IMG/VR virus record: IMGVR_UViG_3300010203_000021
Location: 7,014 to 71,013 of that record
Source: a virus
Lineage: Duplodnaviria > Caudoviricetes
Reading direction: 5' to 3' (one strand)
DNA length: 64,000 nucleotides
Positions 54,914 through 64,000 of the stretch are shown one piece after another. The notes beneath the pieces are model-generated. The model was not told where the DNA came from. It saw nothing but the letters and a program-made list of their open reading frames with translations, and did no database searches. Every line of letters starts with the position of its first letter. The stretch's first letter is position 1. The translations under genes were made by a program, and so were the position numbers.

Positions 54914-56368
54914 ATGACTGCATCCCTGCAAATCCCGGCCTATTCGGTCGGGACGATCTCCATTGGCGCGCAATCGGGCGGCGTCTGGCCCGTCGTGGGC
55001 TCAGGCACGTCATGGCTTTCGACGGATGGCACGCCCTATTGGCCGATATCGCCGGGCGAATGGCTGATTTGCGGCGGCAATTTTGGCATCGTTGGCTCGA
55101 TCGTGGACACGACGCATCTCAACTTGTCCTATTGGTCGGGCGGCGCGGTTGCGGCCGGCGCCAGTTATCAGATTTTCCGCTTCGTCCCGACCACGGCGAA
55201 CAATGTCTCCGGCCTCGTCCAGAGCCTCCTTGCCATGCTCGGCAACAACGGCGTGCGCTTCACCCCGGATGGCTCGGGCAACATGCTGCTTCAGACGCTC
55301 AACGCGTCGAGCTCGTGGGTGACCGTGGCGACGATCAACACGGCGACAGGGCTTTTCGCTTTCGCCAATCCGCAAGTGGCGTCGCCCACCACGCTCGGGC
55401 TGGTCAAAACCGGCGCAGGTTTTTCCGCCGCCGCTGACGGGACGCTGTCGGCGCAGATCGCGACAACGTCGCAAGTCGGCGTGGTCAAAGCTGGGCCGGG
55501 CGTCTCGGTTGCGGGAGACGGCGCGCTTACGGTTAACGCGGCCACGTCGAGCGTTCTCGGCGCGGTCAAGGCGGGGGCGACCGCCAATATTGCCGCCGAC
55601 GGAACGCTCGCTGACGCCGTGGGCTTCCGCAACCGGCTTCGGAACGCGTCTTTCGCCATCAATCAGCGAAGCGTTTCCGGGGCCGTCACGCTCGCCGCTG
55701 GCGCATATGGCCACGACGGCGTCAAAGCGGGATCGGCGGGTGCAACCTACACTTTCGCGGCCAGTGGTATCGACACGACGATCACGGTCACGGCAGGCTC
55801 GATCATTCTGCCCGTCGAAGCCGGCATGATCGAGGGCGGGACGTTCGTGCTGTCGCATGACGGCACGGCGCAAGTGCGCGTTTGGCAAGGAACTGGCGCG
55901 AGCGGATCAGGCTCCTATGCTGCTGACCCTGTTGTGGTTTCGCTCACGGCCAACACGCAAGCCAACGTGGAGTTTGGAACCGGCACCATCCTGCGCCCGC
56001 AGCTTGAGCCGGGGGCGACCCCGACTGTGTTCGAGCGCCGCCCTCCACATCTCGAACTGATGTACTGTCAGCGATATTATGAAGTTGGCGGAATGGTTGG
56101 TCATTATATTGGAACAAATGCAAGCACATCTGGGTACGTTTCGATTATAGCGCAATTTAAAACAGTAAAACGCACCGGCTCCGTCGTTGTTTCCATAAGT
56201 GCTGACGGTGTTGCCGGAAGAATTAGAATTAGCGACGGTCCGGCATATTCAACCAGCTACGGCATCAATCAAGCTGATGCGTTGAACGGGTTTGACGTCG
56301 TTTCTACTGGCGACGTCGCCACGCGAACGATGATCGGCTTCGGCTGGACCGCCAGCGCCGAAATCTGA
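54914..56368 (+). CDS. Tail fibre / receptor-binding protein
   Basis: A.T..LG.VK.G fibre repeats; FRNRLRNASF.INQR; PQLE.G..PT.FERRP...EL..CQRYY. Confidence 0.85.
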   Translation: MTASLQIPAYSVGTISIGAQSGGVWPVVGSGTSWLSTDGTPYWPISPGEWLICGGNFGIVGSIVDTTHLNLSYWSGGAVAAGASYQIFRFVPTTANNVSGLVQSLLAMLGNNGVRFTPDGSGNMLLQTLNASSSWVTVATINTATGLFAFANPQVASPTTLGLVKTGAGFSAAADGTLSAQIATTSQVGVVKAGPGVSVAGDGALTVNAATSSVLGAVKAGATANIAADGTLADAVGFRNRLRNASFAINQRSVSGAVTLAAGAYGHDGVKAGSAGATYTFAASGIDTTITVTAGSIILPVEAGMIEGGTFVLSHDGTAQVRVWQGTGASGSGSYAADPVVVSLTANTQANVEFGTGTILRPQLEPGATPTVFERRPPHLELMYCQRYYEVGGMVGHYIGTNASTSGYVSIIAQFKTVKRTGSVVVSISADGVAGRIRISDGPAYSTSYGINQADALNGFDVVSTGDVATRTMIGFGWTASAEI

Positions 56369-56406
56369 CCCGGCGCGTCGCGCCACCTCACCAAGGACAA
56401 TCCAAC

Positions 56407-56826
56407 ATGTTGAAACGTCTGCTCATCGCGGGCGCGCTCGCCCTCGGCTGCGCGTCGCTTGCCGTCGCCGGCCAGCATAAAAATGCCGCTGACGGGTCTG
56501 TGGTCAACGGCAATTACGACGAGTCCTATTCGACCATTGTCCCGACCTATGCGGCGATCAGCGTCGCGACCACGGCTCAGACGCTGGCGCAGATGGGCGC
56601 GACGCCTCCGGCCGGCGCGACGCTGGCCTTTGTCGTCCCCACCGCCTCCGGCTCTGGGGTGACCGTCCGCTACCGGTGCGACGGCACAGCGCCAACGGCC
56701 TCTGTCGGCATGCCGATCCAGGCGGGTCAGGCCTGGCCGATCCAGGGCGCGGCGGCGCTCGCCGCCTGCCAGTTCATCTCGGCCACGGGATCGGCCGTGA
56801 CTGCTGACGTCGAATTCCGGGGCTGA
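56407..56826 (+). CDS. Signal-peptide-bearing protein
   Basis: MLKRLLIAGALALGCASLAVA; VRYRCDGTAPTASVGMPI. Confidence 0.75.
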   Translation: MLKRLLIAGALALGCASLAVAGQHKNAADGSVVNGNYDESYSTIVPTYAAISVATTAQTLAQMGATPPAGATLAFVVPTASGSGVTVRYRCDGTAPTASVGMPIQAGQAWPIQGAAALAACQFISATGSAVTADVEFRG

Positions 56827-56831
56827 CCGCC

Positions 56832-58049
56832 ATGACGATCGTGCGCAACCTCCTCAAAGCTGCGGCCTTCGGCCTTGCGCTGCTGCTTGCGGCGCAAATC
56901 CCCTCCGGCGCCGGTCTGGTCATGCCGCCAGCGCCCGCCGGCGTGACTTCGCCCGCGAACGCCATCCCCGGCGTTTACAATTTCGACCCGATCCTTCTGC
57001 CTCGAGCGCGCGCCGCTTTCGCGCGGGTGAGGTCCGGGACTGGTCGCGCCGTGGTCGCCACGCTCGGCGATTCGACCTGGGCGGGCATCGGCGCCGGAGC
57101 GACCAGCGATCACAATCTGCAGGGCGCGCGGCAGCACACGGTCGCGTGGATCACGTCCAACATCCTAAACGGGCGTGGCATCCCGTCGACGCCCGACGCT
57201 GTTTTCAGCACCGGCGCTGTCTCGACCACGGCGGCCTCCTGGCAAATGTACAACCCGGCCGTCGTCGTGGGTTCGGGCTGGGTGATATCGAGCCAGACGA
57301 CCGCTGGCGGCTATCTCTGGCAGAATGGCACGACCACCGGGACGGCTCTGTCCGTCACGACCACGCAGCCCGCCAACACCTGCGACGTCTATTACGCCAA
57401 TACCAATGTGGCGCAATTTACGCTCGATCTGGATGGCGGCGCGGCGGTCACTGTCAATGTGACCTCGTCCGGCGCCAGCCTGCTCAAGGCGACGGTCACC
57501 GGGACCGACGCCATCCACACCCTCAACATCAAGCGGACGGGGGCGTCGGGGAATGTCTTCATTGGCGCCATCGATTGCTACAGCACGGCGACGTACCGGG
57601 CCGCGATATGGAACATGGGCATCGGCGGCAGCCAGACCAGCACATGGATCAACGCCACGGCATCGTGGTCGCCACTCAACGCGCTCGGGACCTATGCGCC
57701 CGATCTCACTATCATCAATCTCGGCATCAATGATGAGGGCTACAGCGTCGCGCCGGCCGTCTATGCCGCCAATCTCCAAACCATCATCAACACCGCCAAA
57801 ATCTCCGGCGATGTCATCCTGATCATGCACCACAGCTGCTCGGGGCATGAAACGCAGGAGCCGGCGACCTATGCGGCGCTGCGGCAACTCGCGGCCAACA
57901 ACAATGTCCCGCTGGTCGATTTCCGTGCGCGGCTCGGGTCCTATACGGCGGCGTCCGGCAATGGACAGATGTTCGACGGCCTGCACGCGACCGGCCTGGG
58001 CTATGCCGACGAGGGCGCCATGGTCGCTGACCTCCTCGCGCGGCTGTAA
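56832..58049 (+). CDS. SGNH/GDSL esterase with signal peptide
   Basis: LGDSTWAG, NMGIGG, INLGIND, FDGLHATGLG. Confidence 0.88.
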   Translation: MTIVRNLLKAAAFGLALLLAAQIPSGAGLVMPPAPAGVTSPANAIPGVYNFDPILLPRARAAFARVRSGTGRAVVATLGDSTWAGIGAGATSDHNLQGARQHTVAWITSNILNGRGIPSTPDAVFSTGAVSTTAASWQMYNPAVVVGSGWVISSQTTAGGYLWQNGTTTGTALSVTTTQPANTCDVYYANTNVAQFTLDLDGGAAVTVNVTSSGASLLKATVTGTDAIHTLNIKRTGASGNVFIGAIDCYSTATYRAAIWNMGIGGSQTSTWINATASWSPLNALGTYAPDLTIINLGINDEGYSVAPAVYAANLQTIINTAKISGDVILIMHHSCSGHETQEPATYAALRQLAANNNVPLVDFRARLGSYTAASGNGQMFDGLHATGLGYADEGAMVADLLARL

Positions 58050-58054
58050 TCGCC

Positions 58055-58618
58055 ATGACCACAACTTACAATCTCCGCGCGCGGACCAATTGCACGTTCC
58101 GGCTGACCCGAGACCTGTCTCAGGTCGCGTCGGTCTATAATGTGCCCGCCGCCATCATCCGTATGCAGGCGCGCGTCACGGCGGCGTCTGGCTCTGTGGT
58201 CTATGGGTGGGCGTCGGATGGCTCTGAGCAGGGGGGCGTCTCATTCGACGCGGCCACTGGCCTCTGCGTCTTCTCCGCGCCCCAAGCCGACATGGCGACC
58301 ATGCAACCCAGCCTTGTCTATGACGCGCGGCTTGAGCTTCCGGGCGGCGTCCGCGTCCCGCTGTTCGTCGGGCGCATGTCTTTTACGGCTGGCGTCACAC
58401 GCACAACCGCCGACACCTCCGCAGCCGGAGCAGGGCTGACCGGCGACACGGTGACCGTGGACGGCGAGGCGTCGTCTTTGCCCGGGACCGTGCCCGTATC
58501 GCTGACGGCGGCTATCGCGGCGGCGCAGGCCGCCGCCGCGCAGGCCGAAGCCATCATGACCCCCGTCACCCTCACGCTTGATCTCTCGACCCCGGGCGAC
58601 GCCCTGCTCGATTTCTAG
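58055..58618 (+). CDS. BppU-like baseplate/fibre-adaptor protein
   Basis: IRMQAR...YDARLE.P.G....LF.G..SF..GVT. Confidence 0.6.
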   Translation: MTTTYNLRARTNCTFRLTRDLSQVASVYNVPAAIIRMQARVTAASGSVVYGWASDGSEQGGVSFDAATGLCVFSAPQADMATMQPSLVYDARLELPGGVRVPLFVGRMSFTAGVTRTTADTSAAGAGLTGDTVTVDGEASSLPGTVPVSLTAAIAAAQAAAAQAEAIMTPVTLTLDLSTPGDALLDF

Positions 58619-58630
58619 GAGCGCTCATTT

Positions 58631-59281
58631 ATGGCACTGCAAAAAACATCTCTCCAAGCGCGGACGGCTGATCCGCGCGGGGTGGGAGTCGCCACCTTTA
58701 CGGATGGAGCATCGACGCCGACCTATTATCGCGGCGATGTGATCCTCGACGAAAATGGCAACCCGTTCGACGCGAGTAATCCTCTGCCCGTCGCGCCGCC
58801 GGCAGGCCTCGCATCCGACGCCAATCTGACGAGCATCGCGGGCGCGGCCATCTCCGGCGCGTCCATGCCTGCGGGCGGCTCTGGGCTGACGGGGTGGCTG
58901 TCTGCCATCTGGTCGAAGCTTTCGGGCACGCTGGCCGTTTCCGCTGCGTCTCTCCCGCTGCCGACTGGCGCTGCGACCAGTGCAAAACAAGACGCGATCC
59001 TCGCCGCCCTCGGCTCGCCGCTCCAGGTGGGCGGGACCGTCAATGACGCGCAGAGCGCGCCATTTCAGGGCGCAGTCGCCATGACTGTGGGCACGACCTA
59101 TGCGGCGCAGCGCAGCGTCGGCGTGCTCTGCACGGTCGCCGGCAATGTGCAAATGACGCTGGCGGACGGGTCCTCGATCATGCTGCCGGTAACGCCGGGA
59201 TGGCAGACGTTCCCCTTCGCGGCGACCCAGATAGTCGGTGCCGGCACGACCGCGACCGCGACCTTCTACAACCTGAAATAA
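58631..59281 (+). CDS. Virion-associated hypothetical protein
   Basis: C-terminal V.C...GNV..T.ADGS.....V..G...FP....QI...GTTAT motif typical of small spike-base domains. Confidence 0.65.
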   Translation: MALQKTSLQARTADPRGVGVATFTDGASTPTYYRGDVILDENGNPFDASNPLPVAPPAGLASDANLTSIAGAAISGASMPAGGSGLTGWLSAIWSKLSGTLAVSAASLPLPTGAATSAKQDAILAALGSPLQVGGTVNDAQSAPFQGAVAMTVGTTYAAQRSVGVLCTVAGNVQMTLADGSSIMLPVTPGWQTFPFAATQIVGAGTTATATFYNLK

Positions 59282-59297
59282 CTCAGGATTTCCTCAC

Positions 59298-61436
59298 ATG
59301 ATAAAGCGTTTCACCGCCGCGCTCGCGGCGATTGCGATCCTATGTCTGCCTGCCGGCGCTGTGCCGGGCGGCACCGTTGCGCCGTATAGCGCGCCCGTAG
59401 CCAAAATTTCGCGCTCGACGCCAACCGTGACCGACGACGCGAGCAAGGGCTATGCTGCGGGGGCGATCTGGACCACGCGGCGCACCGGCGCTCCCACCGA
59501 CGCCTACGTGCTGACTGACGCCACCGCAGGACGAGCGGTCTGGCAAAAAATGCAATCGGGCTTACTGCCGGGCGATGCCATCAATAATTCGGCAGGCGGC
59601 GTCGTTGGTCTTTATGGATCCGCGCTGCTCAATTCGAGCTACACCGGCCCGCTGATGCAGGTGCGGCGTCTGGTTGACGGCGCGACCCAGGACATTGGCG
59701 CTGTCGTCAATGGCAATGGCCAGCGTGTGCTGGACACTGCCGCTGCACTGGCGTTCGCTGCGGCCGCCCCTGCCCAGGGCGCGGTCATGTTCTCGTCTAA
59801 CGCCTCCGCGAACGACACGATCACGCTCAACGGGTTCACGGTCACGTTCGTAGCGTCCGGGGCAACTGGTCAGCAAGTCAACATCGGCGCCAACGGGGCG
59901 GCCACCGCCGCCAATCTAGCCACCTATCTCAGCGCGCAGTCGGACACGCGGCTGACGGCCGCCACGTATGCCAGCCAGACATTTGGATCAACGCCTGCGG
60001 TAGCGATCACGTCAAAAATTGGCGGAGCGGCGATTGTCGGCAACTATCCGATGTCTCAAACCGGGTCTGGCGGGTTTTTCAGGATTTCCCCGACCAATAT
60101 AATCCAATCGACGGCGCTATATCAGCAAGCAAATAAGGCGCTCACGGTCTCAAAAATCTATGATCAATCCGGGGCCGGAAACCATGCCGTATCTGCTGGC
60201 GTAGGGTATGAGCCTGTTATCGTTTATCAAAACCAGCAAGGCGGGTTTGTCTTCGCGCAAATCAACGGTCTCCCTGCCGTATCTTTTGACAGTCAGGTTG
60301 CGTCGTCTTTGGGCGCCCAAACCACGAAATTCTTGACGCTGCCCAGCAGCTTGTCTGTCCCTGGATCGACATGGTCATTTTGGGGCGCTATCCGGCCGGC
60401 GACAACTCGCCGCAGCAATGGGTTTGCCTATTTCGGGTCATATGGGTCCGGTGTGGCCATATCCAGCGCCAGCGGCGTCCCGTCGATAAACGGGTACACT
60501 ACGGTCACAAACACAAACCTGACAATGCCGGCGTCCCCTGTCATATTTGGGGCGTATGCTTCGAGCCAATCGGTCCATTCCGTCTACATCGACAATTGGA
60601 CATCGACCATAGGCGGCGCAACGGCCGTTCCCACAGCGACCCAAACGGGCGGATATCTTGGCATCCCGAACTCAATTTCGGGGTCTGGCGAGACAAATTC
60701 AAGCGGGCTTGTCTCATCCCCGTCGATGTTTGACGCGTGCGCTATGATCATCGTCAACCGCCCCTTGGGGTCGGGTGAGATGACGGCGCTAAAGGCGTCT
60801 CTGGCTGCTACGTGCAATATCGCCCCGCAAATCCGTGACGTGTACGTTCTTGGCGGCGATAGTATCGATCAAGGATATGGGGCGAGCATAAACCGAAACT
60901 ATTCGACTATTCTGCAAGAGACCTTGAACAGAGATTATCGTTTTTACAATCTGTCATTTTACGGGACAAACACATCTACGCAGCTTTCAGAACTGTCAAC
61001 GTCTGGCGCCCCCGTTTTTGCGCAGAACTCATATGCGAATTATGTTGTCTATCACTCAATGATAGGGACAAACGATCTAACTGCTGGAACGGCGGCGGCC
61101 ACAATTTCAAGCAATGTCGCGTCAATATTCTCATCCGTCAAATCTATCTCGCCTGCCGCGATTACGATTGTGGAGACGATACCGGCACAGAACGGATTCT
61201 CTGGGGCGTCGCTCACAAACTGGCCGTTGGTCAACGCGTCGATCTTGGCCTTGCCTGTCAGCGCAGTTGTTGACGTCGCAGGCGTGACGCCTCTTGGCGT
61301 CATGAGCAACGCCACGGCCACGACGCCATATTTCTATGACCACGTTCACCCGACGACGCTCGGGCATGAAATCCGCGCCTCAGTCGCCAAGCCTATCATT
61401 GACGGGCTGACGCCTGCGGTCGCGCCGGCGCAATAA
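59298..61436 (+). CDS. Large multidomain protein: lectin-like region plus C-terminal SGNH hydrolase
   Basis: Signal peptide; YTGPL.QVRR..D, KIYDQSG.GNH; GGDSIDQG, GTND, DHVHPTTLGH. Confidence 0.82.
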   Translation: MIKRFTAALAAIAILCLPAGAVPGGTVAPYSAPVAKISRSTPTVTDDASKGYAAGAIWTTRRTGAPTDAYVLTDATAGRAVWQKMQSGLLPGDAINNSAGGVVGLYGSALLNSSYTGPLMQVRRLVDGATQDIGAVVNGNGQRVLDTAAALAFAAAAPAQGAVMFSSNASANDTITLNGFTVTFVASGATGQQVNIGANGAATAANLATYLSAQSDTRLTAATYASQTFGSTPAVAITSKIGGAAIVGNYPMSQTGSGGFFRISPTNIIQSTALYQQANKALTVSKIYDQSGAGNHAVSAGVGYEPVIVYQNQQGGFVFAQINGLPAVSFDSQVASSLGAQTTKFLTLPSSLSVPGSTWSFWGAIRPATTRRSNGFAYFGSYGSGVAISSASGVPSINGYTTVTNTNLTMPASPVIFGAYASSQSVHSVYIDNWTSTIGGATAVPTATQTGGYLGIPNSISGSGETNSSGLVSSPSMFDACAMIIVNRPLGSGEMTALKASLAATCNIAPQIRDVYVLGGDSIDQGYGASINRNYSTILQETLNRDYRFYNLSFYGTNTSTQLSELSTSGAPVFAQNSYANYVVYHSMIGTNDLTAGTAAATISSNVASIFSSVKSISPAAITIVETIPAQNGFSGASLTNWPLVNASILALPVSAVVDVAGVTPLGVMSNATATTPYFYDHVHPTTLGHEIRASVAKPIIDGLTPAVAPAQ

Positions 61437-61450
61437 CCCAAGGACAATTC

Positions 61451-62008
61451 ATGCTCAAACGAACGCTCATCGCGGGCGCGCTGCTGTGCGCCTGCTCTCC
61501 CGCCATGGCTGGAGGATTCTGGGATGATGTTTTCGGGGCTGCTCCGTCGCCTGCGCACCATTTTGTTGGCGTCACCAAAAAGGTCAGGCCCGCGCGTGGT
61601 CATCACGCTCGGGTATCGTGGGCGCGTGGCGCGGCTGTGAACGCGAGCGAAGATGAAGACGCCCCGACTGGATTCTCTCCGCTCCTGAGCGTCGCTAGGC
61701 GGTTCTTGGGCGTGGGCAACATTTTCGGTCATCGTGGCCCCTGGTGTCGCGATTTCGTTAACACGGTCGCCGCGCAAGCTGGCTACCGGCTCAACGATCA
61801 TTCGCGCCGCGCGATTGATGCGCTGCGGCTCGGTCATCGCGTCGCGTCGCCGCGCCCCGGCGATCTCGTAGTCATGAAGCACCACGTCACGATCTACGCC
61901 GGTCAGCGGGGCGGACGCGTCCTCGGCCTCGGCGGCAATCAGGGGCATGGGCGCGTGAAGGTCTCAGCCTATCCGCTCGGACGCGTGCTCGCCTTCGTGC
62001 GACTCTGA
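61451..62008 (+). CDS. TIGR02594-like CHAP/NlpC cell-wall peptidase with signal peptide
   Basis: PWCRDFVN, PGDLVVM..HVT.Y, LGGNQG..V..S.YP..RVL.F. Confidence 0.82.
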   Translation: MLKRTLIAGALLCACSPAMAGGFWDDVFGAAPSPAHHFVGVTKKVRPARGHHARVSWARGAAVNASEDEDAPTGFSPLLSVARRFLGVGNIFGHRGPWCRDFVNTVAAQAGYRLNDHSRRAIDALRLGHRVASPRPGDLVVMKHHVTIYAGQRGGRVLGLGGNQGHGRVKVSAYPLGRVLAFVRL

Positions 62009-62107
62009 CATGCGCCAGTTCCGCCGCTTGCTGACCTTCGCGGCCCTTCTCGGCCTCTACGTCGGCGCGCTCTGGCTCGGCGCTCATCTCTCCTGAAAGG
62101 AAAATCC

Positions 62108-62563
62108 ATGAACGCGACCTTCCGCGCGAAGGCCCCGGCTGTGATCGGCTGGCTGATGCGCGATTTCGGCTTGGCCGATTATCAAGCGGCCGGCATCGTC
62201 GGCAACCTCGGGCGCGAATCCTCCGGCTTCACACTCCTGCGCGAGATCGGCGCGAAGTGCGACAGAGGCGGGTGGGGATGGGCTCAATGGACGGCGGCCC
62301 GCGCCCGCACATTCTTGGCGTGGTGCCGCGCCAAGGGCCTACTTTGGCAGTCCGATGCCGCGAACTATGGCTATCTCAAGCACGACCTGAGCGGCGAATA
62401 CGCCTCCGTCATCGTGGCCATGCGCAAGACGCAATCGGTTGATCAGGCCAGCGACACGTTCGAGCGCCTTTTTGAACGCGCGGGCGTCCCGGCGCTGGCT
62501 GACCGCCGCGCATGGTCGCGCGACGCTCTGGCCGCCTATCGAGCCACGAAGAAATCCGCATGA
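62108..62563 (+). CDS. Phage tail lysozyme-like endolysin
   Basis: AAGIVGNLGRESSG, G.GWAQWT..R...F. Confidence 0.88.
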   Translation: MNATFRAKAPAVIGWLMRDFGLADYQAAGIVGNLGRESSGFTLLREIGAKCDRGGWGWAQWTAARARTFLAWCRAKGLLWQSDAANYGYLKHDLSGEYASVIVAMRKTQSVDQASDTFERLFERAGVPALADRRAWSRDALAAYRATKKSA

Positions 62564-62635
62564 CGAGCGCCGGCAGCATCGCCGTTCTCGTGCGCCGCCT
62601 TTTCGGCACTCCCGCCGGAAATGAAGGGGACCAGA

Positions 62636-62929
62636 TGAACACGTCCCTGAGACTGAAAATCCTCGAACGAAAGGTAAGCACCATCATGAGCGCCATCGAA
62701 GACCTCAACGCCGCTGTCTCCAACATCGGCGTCGCCGTGTCCGCCGCCGTGGCGGATATTCAGGAGCAGGCTGCGAAAATTGCCGCCGTCGCCGCGCAGC
62801 CGTCCGTCGTGCCGGAAGACACCGCCGCCATCGAGGACGCCGTCGCCAAGCTCAACGCCAGCGCCGCCGCGCTCACCGCCGCCGTGGCGCCCGTCGCCGC
62901 GCCGGCCGCCGAAGTTCCGGCCGCTTCCT
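62636..62929 (+). CDS. Small Ala-rich coiled-coil protein
   Basis: IMSAIEDLNAAV..I...V...V..I. Confidence 0.65.
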
Positions 62930-63014
62930 AAACCAGGGACAACGCGCGGGAGGATTGCCCGGCCGGCCCGCGCGGCCTTTCCCCGGCCGGGCGCAATCCT
63001 GAAAGGAAAACACA

Positions 63015-63197
63015 ATGCTCTCCACCATCATCGCCCGTCTGCGCGAACCGTCCACCTATGCCGGCATCGCTGGCGTCGTCGCTGGCCTGTCGTTCATTCC
63101 GCACGCCGCCGACATCGCACAGACCGTGACCGCCGTGGGCGCTGCCGCCGTCAGCCTGCTGGCGATCTGGCTCCCCGAAACCAAGACCGGCGCCTAA
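63015..63197 (+). CDS. Holin-like two-TM protein
   Basis: LREPSTYAGIAGVVAGL...AVGAAAVSLLAIWLPE; located in the lysis cluster. Confidence 0.7.
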   Translation: MLSTIIARLREPSTYAGIAGVVAGLSFIPHAADIAQTVTAVGAAAVSLLAIWLPETKTGA

Positions 63198-63415
63198 TGC
63201 CGACCTGGGCGACGGCGCTCGCTGCCGCCATCAAGGCTATCGCAACTCTGCTCGGGCTGATCCAGTCCGGGCAGGAGCGACAAGCCGGCCGCGACGAAAT
63301 CAGAGCCGCCGACGCGGAAGCCGAAGCCGCCGCGCAGCGCAAAATCAGCGAGATCGCCACGCAGGGGCAGACAAATGACCAGACGCAAGCCGATCTTGAT
63401 CGTGGCGAGTTTTAG
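63197..63415 (+). CDS. i-spanin (Rz-like) candidate
   Basis: N-terminal TM followed by a short helical periplasmic part; ...DLDRGEF end. Confidence 0.6.
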   Translation: MPTWATALAAAIKAIATLLGLIQSGQERQAGRDEIRAADAEAEAAAQRKISEIATQGQTNDQTQADLDRGEF

Positions 63416-63605
63416 CGTCGCGCTGGCGCTCGCCGGGTGCGACCCCAGCAAGCAGACCGCGTGCCCGCCTCTGAAACGGTATTCGGCGGCGAAGATCAAC
63501 GAAGTCGCCAAGCAGTACAAGCTCTTGCCGGAAGTGGTGAGAGACTGGCTTTCCGATTATCGGCTGCTTCGTCGCCAATGTGACAGCCTCGCGAAAACCG
63601 CGTGA
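63375..63605 (+). CDS. o-spanin (Rz1-like) lipoprotein candidate
   Basis: Lipobox LALAGC, CPPL, overlaps the Rz-like gene; start uncertain. Confidence 0.65.
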   Translation: MTRRKPILIVASFSVALALAGCDPSKQTACPPLKRYSAAKINEVAKQYKLLPEVVRDWLSDYRLLRRQCDSLAKTA

Positions 63606-63679
63606 CCACGCCGGGACGCTTGCCCCGGCTCTCTCTTGCATCGGAAGACCCGCCGCGCCGTGCGGGCGAAGGATTAGAT

Positions 63680-64000
63680 ATGGCGGATTGGTCCCCATCG
63701 GATTGGGCAGGCATCGGGGCGCTCGGGGCGACATTCGCCAGTTGGTTGCATCTTCGAGGGCGAAAAGACGCGGACGCCGCCGCCGCAAAGGAAAAGGCCG
63801 AGGAGGCGACGCGCCGCGCTGAACAGGTCGCCGCCGATCTCGCGGCGCACAAGCTTTATGCAGCCGAACGGTTCGTCCCGCGCGGGGAACTGGCCGCGAT
63901 GGAATCCCGGCTTGCAGACCGGATCGACGGCCTCGGCGCTCGCCTGGAGGCCTCTGTCTCAAAGCTCGGGGAACGAGTCGACCGGATTTCGGAGAAATAG
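63680..64000 (+). CDS. TM plus coiled-coil lysis-region protein
   Basis: GAAGGA RBS; DWAGIGALGATFASWL; H(K)LYAAERFV...LE.RL..RID.L..RL; stop at 63998-64000. Confidence 0.7.
   Translation: MADWSPSDWAGIGALGATFASWLHLRGRKDADAAAAKEKAEEATRRAEQVAADLAAHKLYAAERFVPRGELAAMESRLADRIDGLGARLEASVSKLGERVDRISEK

Larger units (their letters stand above)
1..64000. mobile_element. Lambdoid-organised temperate siphovirus prophage/phage (recombination, immunity, replication, head, tail, lysis); both ends extend beyond the window
   Basis: Continuous phage gene order: recT/exonuclease, cI/cro, dnaB-like, terS/terL, portal, capsid, tail tube, tape measure, tail tip, lysins. No host housekeeping genes seen. Confidence 0.97.

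Noticed and set aside
1-64000. Integrase, att sites, IS elements
   Set aside because: No recombinase or transposase motifs or terminal repeats seen; the prophage ends lie outside the window.

Overview
The window is almost entirely one temperate siphovirus-type prophage (or phage) of a GC-rich alphaproteobacterium, probably Hyphomicrobiales (inferred from gene content). Left to right: a leftward early operon (RecT/RecE-like recombination genes, many small ORFs, a KGG stress protein); an immunity region with cI, cro and matching 17-bp OL/OR operators; a rightward replication and DNA-modification operon (RuvC-like nuclease, SNF2-type and DnaB helicases, four methyltransferase-type loci); a long structured non-coding region; packaging, head and tail genes; two accessory insertions in the tail operon; and lysis genes. 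No integrase or att site lies in the window. The main find is at 42844-44536: a RAMP/Cas7-like gene, a coupled accessory gene and a 368-bp array of GGY-NN pentamers. GGCA tetramers divide the array into six guide-sized segments and hairpins bracket it. This looks like a CRISPR-independent RNA-guided system with a non-contiguous code, resembling VIPR-type systems as I recall them (not verified). Other highlights are a portal/Acb1-like 2H phosphodiesterase/MuF triple fusion, a ~550-nt candidate ncRNA with a pseudoknot, and a C5 methyltransferase split across overlapping reading frames. All family assignments come from motif recognition by eye; no database searches were run.
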